From NCBI GenBank assembly GCA_012295275.1, contig CM022670.1, positions 15,128,001 through 15,192,000 on the forward strand: DNA of 64,000 bases, given 5' to 3'. Positions 24,660 to 64,000 of the stretch are shown here, piece by piece. Positions within the stretch are counted from its first letter, which is position 1. Each line of letters begins with the position of its first letter. Under the pieces are notes generated by a model. That model searched no databases, had not been told where the DNA came from, and worked only from the letters and a program-made list of their open reading frames with translations. This DNA is from Chrysomallon squamiferum. Its lineage: Eukaryota > Animalia > Mollusca. The translations under genes and the position numbers were made by a program.

Positions 24660-25961
24660 ATTATTTCTTTCAGATTTCCATATCCAAATTAGAAATAAAT
24701 TGACATTTTAGCCAAACTCTAACGAACGAGGTTTCCAAAGGCAGCAAAACCAGAATGCATATGTTCAAAGACGCGCTAGATTTTTTTTCTTTTATACAAA
24801 ATAGTAATAATACTGTGAAAATAAAAAAGAATGTTATGTACACATGAAAACGAAATGATGATTATAACACATCGCCAATGGCCTCAGATAACTAAATGTC
24901 TGCAATTACTGTAAATCTGTTAACGTCAAGATTCTAATAATGTAACAAAGCTGTATAATCTTCCTGTCAACGAATCTAAGTTTTAATGTGATTGTTCGAC
25001 ACGTCTATATACAGCATTTTTTTTGGAATTAATACGCTTTCAAATCCGTCCATCAAACTGTTTTTATTAAAAATATTTTCTCTCGTATCCTCTATATTTC
25101 ATTTCACCATTTATTTTGTTTTTGTATTTGTTTAAGTATATGTCAGATATAATATGAAATGCGAAACCAACATTCTGTAATTACGGGCTCCCAGATTACA
25201 TAAAGAATAAGGAGACACGAAAGATAGTCTGTGAATATAATGAATGTGGGTGCAGCAACGTCTTTCATTTGATCCTATGTTTTGATAATGACGTAAGTTA
25301 CTGCAGATATTTTATCAAGTATTCTCGTGGAAATTTTCTGTGTGGTAAAAAATACTGCACTAAGTTATTATCCGTCTGGACATTTCGACACGTAGTCGCA
25401 TAATTTCTCTTTAAAAACGATACTGTATGTTTTATAAAGGTCCCTAGATAGATTCTCCCTTTAAAGCTATTTCTGTCTGTATCACAGTTCTTGAAGGAAC
25501 ATAAGGGTAAAGATTCCTTTAAAGTCAGGAAGAACGTTTGATGGTTATGTCGTAATTTACTAAACATAAAAGATACTGATCAAACAGTGTTTGCTCATGA
25601 ATATTCCTTTTATTTCAAACTGAATTTTAATAATGTTTTTATATATTGACAGAAATTTCATTACATATTGTATCTTATTTACGGAGCATTTACTGTTGTC
25701 AGGTTTCTTTTAATTAAGTTATAAGTTCATAGAGCACAAAGCTATCTTTTTTTATATGCTCTTGTATATAACACATTCGAAATCCCTTCTCTTTTTCGAT
25801 AATGTCTTTAAATATTTTAGCGATCAGATGCTAAATGAAATTAGTCATATTGATTCATTATAGACATTAAAATTATATATTCCTTAGTATGAATGTTAAA
25901 AAAGCCAAAAATTAAGATTTACTCGTTCGAATATAAACTCTGAAATGCTCTATAAGGCAAA

Positions 25962-26025
25962 AGAGAGAGAGAGGGAGGGAGGGAGAGGGAGGGGGAGTGA
26001 GAGAAACAGACAGAAAGAAAGACAG

Positions 26026-26110
<85 letters not shown>
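25962..26110. repeat. (GA)n microsatellite
   Basis: Directly visible. Confidence 0.95.
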
Positions 26111-26114
<4 letters not shown>

Positions 26115-27056
26115 ATTAATCACGGCTCTTATTTATGTAATTGGAATCTTTGATGAGTTTCAGGGATTTCTACAATTAATAGTAATGATTAATGTAGACA
26201 GGAAATCCACTGTTCATTCAGAAATAATGGAAATGTCTCTGTACATATATTTCAAGAAGAAAACTAAGATTTCTTGAAAGAGGAACCGGTAAACAAATGC
26301 TGGTTTTAGGATTCAGATACAAGACATCCTGTATTGTAGTTTCGCTCCAGTCAGTCATTCACCAGAATCGAGTACAAATACGGACAAAACCATTACTGTG
26401 CCTTGAATCAGTATTCTACAATATTCATTTTATAATTATTCACGTCCAAATTACAAGTTTAATTAAGATTTGCCATTAACGTGCAGCAGACAAAACATTT
26501 ATAAATAATAAGATTCATTTGGATCCTGTAGGAGATGGATAATCAAAAAGTGTTGGTTTCACGTGAAATTTCAGATTTCAGTGTTATGTTTGGTTCAAGA
26601 CATAACGTTCGTAAAGCAACAATTCATTTTCTTATGCTGTGACAAGGCCACGATGAGAATAGACATTTCTTTGACCACAATACAATCTACTCAAAGTTAA
26701 AAACCAATAATAAATATTATAAAGTAAAACAGATGCAAATAACAAAGGAAATGTGACCCTTTTTCCGGAAAACGTATAATTGTTTTTCTTAAAATAGATA
26801 TCTTTTCGTTTTTAATTTTCTGTCCTAAACTGATGGAAATTTCAGATGACTGTTTTGATTTGTTATTCTGTCTGCTTGCATCGTAGGACAGTTTTCGGTT
26901 TTGCGGATGTGTCAGTCATCGCGTATTAACCAATGCGATTTGGCTGTTGCTGTCAAGATCTCTTCAGAATGCGTAGGCCAATTGAGGTGTTTCCCTCATT
27001 GATCTGTAATCAATCTTTCTGAGTCGAACGAAACGAAAGCTCAGATTGGAAAATCC

Positions 27057-27225
27057 ATGTTGTGCTCAGTTTAGTATAAAACTCAAACCATCAGAGTTGA
27101 TATATGGAATTCAAAACATCAAAGTTTCAAATTTAAAAAAAAAAAACGATGTTGTGTTCAGTATAGTACAAACACAGACCACCAGAGTTGATATGTGAAA
27201 TTCAAAATATCAAAGTTTCAAATCT
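27057..27225. repeat. Two-copy tandem duplication (about 92 bp) just upstream of the GPCR ATG
   Basis: ATGTTGTG(C/T)TCAGT...CAGAGTTGATAT...ATTCAAAA(C/T)ATCAAAGTTTCAAAT at 27057 and 27149. Confidence 0.8.
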
Positions 27226-27329
27226 AAAACACCTTGATCGATTTATAAAATAATAACTAAAAAAAAAAAAAAAAAAAAAAAAAAGTAATAATAATAATTG
27301 TAATATTTTTATTCATAACATGATTCACG

Positions 27330-58218
<30,889 letters not shown>

Positions 58219-58522
58219 ACACGATAAATGTTAAGATACAGAACAGTTGTTTTTAACCAAAGATATATTTGTTTCAGGGACCACTTTTTTTTTTTTTTTT
58301 TTTTTTTTTAATTAATTTTGTTAATTTTGTTTGTTTGTTTGTTTGTTTATCTGGTGTAAAATGTATAATGTAAATAATGTAATCAGGATATGTTTGTAGT
58401 GTTCATTTACATTTGTGATTTTATAAGAAGGAAAGAAAAAGTGAAATGAATAATACAAAATAAACAAAGAAAAAGAAATAATGTATTTATATAGAGAACC
58501 CCCAGCTAACTAATTAACAAAA

Positions 58523-58558
<36 letters not shown>

Positions 58559-58938
58559 ATAGCGAAAATTAATTTAAATACAAATTATCATTTCGTATTT
58601 TAATCTGAAATTTCTGATCCAGAATCGAACATAAATATTCAGTGTAGTTAATCATGTTATAATTCTGTTATTATCTTTATCACTATACAGATTAAATGTT
58701 ATCAGACCCACACATTAAGTCTACGTTCAGTTTTAGTTTAGGAAATTTATAAAAAAAACAAAAACAAACTGGTATATTTACAACAAAATGCTGCATGGAT
58801 TTGCATGTATGATCTTTTGTTTTCAGCTGAAAAGTGCTTTTTATAAACTGTTTCCGAATGAAGATTTTGTAAATTTGGCGTCAAACTTCCCAAGGTATCT
58901 TTTCTCTAAGGATAAAAAATTGATTATTTCGTTACCGT

Positions 58939-58990
<52 letters not shown>

Positions 58991-59000
58991 TAATAATAAT

Positions 59001-59036
<36 letters not shown>

Positions 59037-59044
59037 AATAATAA

Positions 59045-59075
<31 letters not shown>

Positions 59076-59379
59076 ATAGAAATATTAAAATGTAAAATGA
59101 TAACAGGCATTTGGACAAATTAAAACTGAAACAGTTTATAAAAGCACATTATAGGAATTTATAAAATTATATTTTGCTTCTTCATAATATTTTTTTAAAA
59201 ACTGTATTTTAAAATTTATGTTCACTTAGATGAAATGTGCATGTTGTCTGAAGACAAATAAAAGTAGTGCTAAACATATAACGTGAATGTTCTGCATTGT
59301 TATGTTTTATTTTTATATAGAATCTCTATATTAGTCTCTTAACACCATTTTAAGAAATAGAAGAAGAAGAAGAAGAAGA

Positions 59380-59985
<606 letters not shown>

Positions 59986-60749
59986 ATCTGAAATGAATTG
60001 GAAAATCTGTATACGATTTTGCTATGTTTCTTTCTAGTATGCGATAATAAACGTAATCTTTCCTAGGTTTATTCAGAAAGTTCCTCACATACACGAGAAT
60101 GTTCGTGTTGAAACAGGTACGCGTATACATCTAACTGTTACAAAGAAATGAATCCATTGTTCCATTGATAGATTGCAGTATTATCAGACAAATAGAAGTA
60201 TAACTGAAAAACAGTTTTTCTTTAATCAGTGTCTGATGACGGTAATGACCCATTTTACGTTTCATACAAGTTTCTCATGTTGGGACCTTGTTAAAAAGTC
60301 CATGTAATTTTTGAGTATTCACTTATTTTATGCCAAGAAATAAAATAATGACTATTACTGTAAAAAAGTTATTTATTAATACGAAACTCATATGTTGTTT
60401 TTGTTGTTCTTGTTGGTTTTGGTTTTTTTATTTTATTTCTTTGTCCACTGTGACTATGCGAGAGGATGGCTAAGACAACTAATTTGTGAATTACTCTTAT
60501 TATTTTTGTTTTCTTTATCAAACTGAAGTAAAACATTTTACGATCCACGTTAATCGTTATGTGCTATTTGAAAACAATATCACAGCCCATAATGCATTCT
60601 GCTGCAATATAAGAAATTAATAAAAATAAAAAAAGCATTCCCACACGCACACATACACACACAGAGACACATACACACACACTTTCTCCCGATCTAAATG
60701 GAAATCGCTAAAATCAAACCAAACAAACAAAACATAATATTAAGCCTAC

Positions 60750-60807
<58 letters not shown>

Positions 60808-62556
60808 AACAAACATAACAAGAAAAAAAAAAATAACTGGCTAAAACCGGCGGATTATAATTGTTTGGGGGCAGTGTTTTACAACTATTACTGTTAACGA
60901 AAGGACGTGTAATTTTTGAATATTTTTATAACCGTTATTGTGATCAGTGTTTTTTATCATGATGATCATCTTATAAATAACTCGTACAAGGTTGGTATTT
61001 ACTTATTTTTAAATTTTTAAATTTATATTTATTTTTTTTTTTTTTTTTTATATCTTTGTTGTTTTTGCTGTTATTACTATTAGAACTATTACTATTTTCA
61101 TGATCATCATCATCATCATTACAACTACAATTTTTGCTACTACTAGCACCACTATACTAGAACTGTTGTTATATTACTTTTTTCCTATTATTATCTTAAT
61201 GATAAGAATCTGCACGAAATTTAGAGCATGTTTAAGTTACATAATGTTTAAGCTGCATGGAGCCTGAGTTATATTTAACACCCCCCGAAAAAAAAAAACC
61301 CCATTAATAAAGATAACACGAACTGTTAATATTTAGAAGAAACAAAAAATATAATAACAATAAAAACCCATACAAAGTAGACAGAAAAAAAAAAAAAAGA
61401 AAGAAAGAGAAAACGTTTTATTCATAGTCTCTTTTAAATGGAGAATTTTTAAAAATTTAATACAAACATGCACCACCATTCAAAAATATTATCTTATTAT
61501 ATTATTTAGTCTTAAATGTTTATTTACTTGTTTCTTTTCTTTTTATTTTTTTATTTGAGCAGTTTAAATTTCTATAAATAAGATTTTATGTAATGAATGC
61601 TATATATATTTCACTGAATTTGAAAACACACTGTGTATGATGAAGGCCATTAATTGTTATTATTATCATTATTATTATTATTATTATTATTATTGCTGTT
61701 ATTAGCATTAAAACTGTTATTGTGATTATTATTATTACTGTTATTATTATTATTGTTATTGTTATTATTATTATTTATTGTTATTATTATACTGTGTTAT
61801 GCTTCATTACTTTCATTAATCAGTTGTATAATTAATTTTGTTTACAGGTTTCACCGCGGAAAACATATTGTCTGACTGGATGCCTGGATTACGAAGAAAT
61901 CGGAATTTGGAAAATCCTTGCCTATCAGTCTGTATGTGTGTCCATGTGTTAGTGTTTGTGTATGCGTGTACGTGTATGTGCGTGCGTGTGTTTTTGTATG
62001 TTTGTATGTGTTCTCTGTATATGTGTATGTGTGTGTTCTATTATGTTGAACATTTATATGTGTTTGTATGAAGTTGTGTCGATGCATATTTTTATGTGTA
62101 TCCGCGTGTGTCTGTACGTGTGTGTGTGTGTGTCTGTGTGTCTGATCTGAGTATGTGTATGTATGAATATGTGTGTATATTTGTATAACTGTATCCGTTA
62201 TGTGTATGTATGTGTTCTGCTGTTTATGATTATTTCTAAGTATATGCACGTCTACATATATATTAATGTATGTTCATTCATATATCCAACAGATATTTAA
62301 CATATGAAGGATATTGTTCACAACTTTAAACTATTTTTTAAGTAGAAAATGTGTAAGCTGCTTGAAGTCACATATGTATGTATATTATCTGAATATACTG
62401 AGATGAATAAAATGTATAGTTGTCCATGCTTTGGTAATCCATTACAGCTGTATAAACACATCTTATATTTAATTTGTCTTATTACTATCTTCAGTTAATA
62501 AAACTCAGCTAAGAAATGGGCTTACAGAACAAGAATGAAATTATATAATCCGTGTG

Positions 62557-62601
<45 letters not shown>

Positions 62602-62682
62602 TAAGAAACAAATATTTGCCATCATGATCAGGAAGACTTCTATTAAAACACTCTGGTGTAAAGATCAGTATCTTTGTATTTA

Positions 62683-62725
<43 letters not shown>

Positions 62726-63692
62726 TATATATATATATATAAAATTAATGACGTTTTGGCGAGATGTCAGACTTTTTTGTTTGTGTATGTCTTACAGCTG
62801 CAATGAAATAATTAATATCACGACTTTTGATACACTATCTGTGGATCAAGGTATACAAATTTATCTATTCATTTTAAATACTCCTGAATACTTAATATCA
62901 GTTTTATTGTTATTTGGCGTTTTTTTTTGTATCTAAAAACAAACAAACAAAAAATGTTTTTGCACATACATACAAATGATGTGATATTTTGAGTTTTCCA
63001 TATGCAAAAATTACAATGTACGAACGGAAGAAAAGCGACAAAACGTTATTACATTAAGTTTTGTTCTTTGATTGAATACAAAACCATCTGGGCGTATTTT
63101 GTACAGTTTTCTTTTATTAACTTTAAATTCTGGCTTTAACAGTTTTTACAGTTTATCTACAATCACCGAATAGTCACTACCGTAAACTGATTTAACATTC
63201 TACTTTGTAATCAAATAAAATTAATCACTTTTAAATTAATTAGTTCTTCCTGTCACATTATACATAATACAACTGAAATGATATCGATAATTATTACAGT
63301 AACAATGCTAAAATAATCACTTTTTAGTATATGCTGATTACAGTTTTCTAAGCCTGGTAATTATGTTACGTATTTCTGACTATGTTCTGTTTAGGATATA
63401 TAGTGTTAATCACAATGTTCAAAGTGTCGTTAATTCCCAGAACACCGTCAGTATGATACATTATAGTATTATTGTATCCTCTGCCAACTATCTGAGGTCG
63501 AACATAGACAAATAACTTCTATATTATCTGACAGACAAAGACACTGGTGAATAACACGAGAATAACGACCACAGTGATGATCATTATTATCAACAAATAT
63601 CATTATAGCACAAACTGTTTTCTTTCAAGTAACAACACCCTCGTCAACAATAATCACAGTAACTAGATAGATAGGTAGATACAATATAGTCA

Positions 63693-63729
<37 letters not shown>

Positions 63730-63777
63730 TCACACACAATTAGTATTTTTTGTAGCGGTGTTCTATAAATGACCACC

Positions 63778-63780
<3 letters not shown>

Positions 63781-63828
<48 letters not shown>

Positions 63829-63836
63829 AGAGAGAG

Positions 63837-63880
<44 letters not shown>

Positions 63881-63913
63881 AGAGAGAGAGACTACTGTAG
63901 AGACAAAGAGAGA

Positions 63914-64000
<87 letters not shown>
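63781..64000. repeat. (TC)n tract interrupted by short inverted (GA)n blocks
   Basis: Directly visible. Confidence 0.95.

Overview
AT-rich, microsatellite-dense animal genomic DNA, probably an invertebrate and possibly a mollusc (inference). Nearly all ORFs in the supplied track are simple-repeat artefacts. I assembled three spliced protein-coding genes by hand from GT-AG sites and exon phases. (1) Minus strand: the 5' part of an SGK/SGK3 gene (4 coding exons, PX domain, 14997->268), continuing off the left edge. (2) Plus strand: a complete 13-exon IFT52 gene (16714-22827, about 444 aa), head-to-head with SGK about 1.7 kb away. (3) Plus strand: a 6-exon class A peptide-type GPCR (27330-58218, about 422 aa) whose exon 5 has a 1-nt frameshift in a T7 run. 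The window also holds a Tigger/pogo transposon fragment, tRNA-derived SINE-like heads, hAT-like relics, several minisatellites and many microsatellites. The main points of interest are SGK-IFT52 adjacency (also seen for human SGK2-IFT52), three RFX X-box-like motifs in SGK introns, a candidate TATA-driven internal SGK promoter, a near-perfect 37-bp intronic hairpin, tandem repeats that duplicated splice sites, and complementary (TC)n/(GA)n tracts around GPCR exons and introns. No database search was run; family assignments rely on recalled sequences and motifs.
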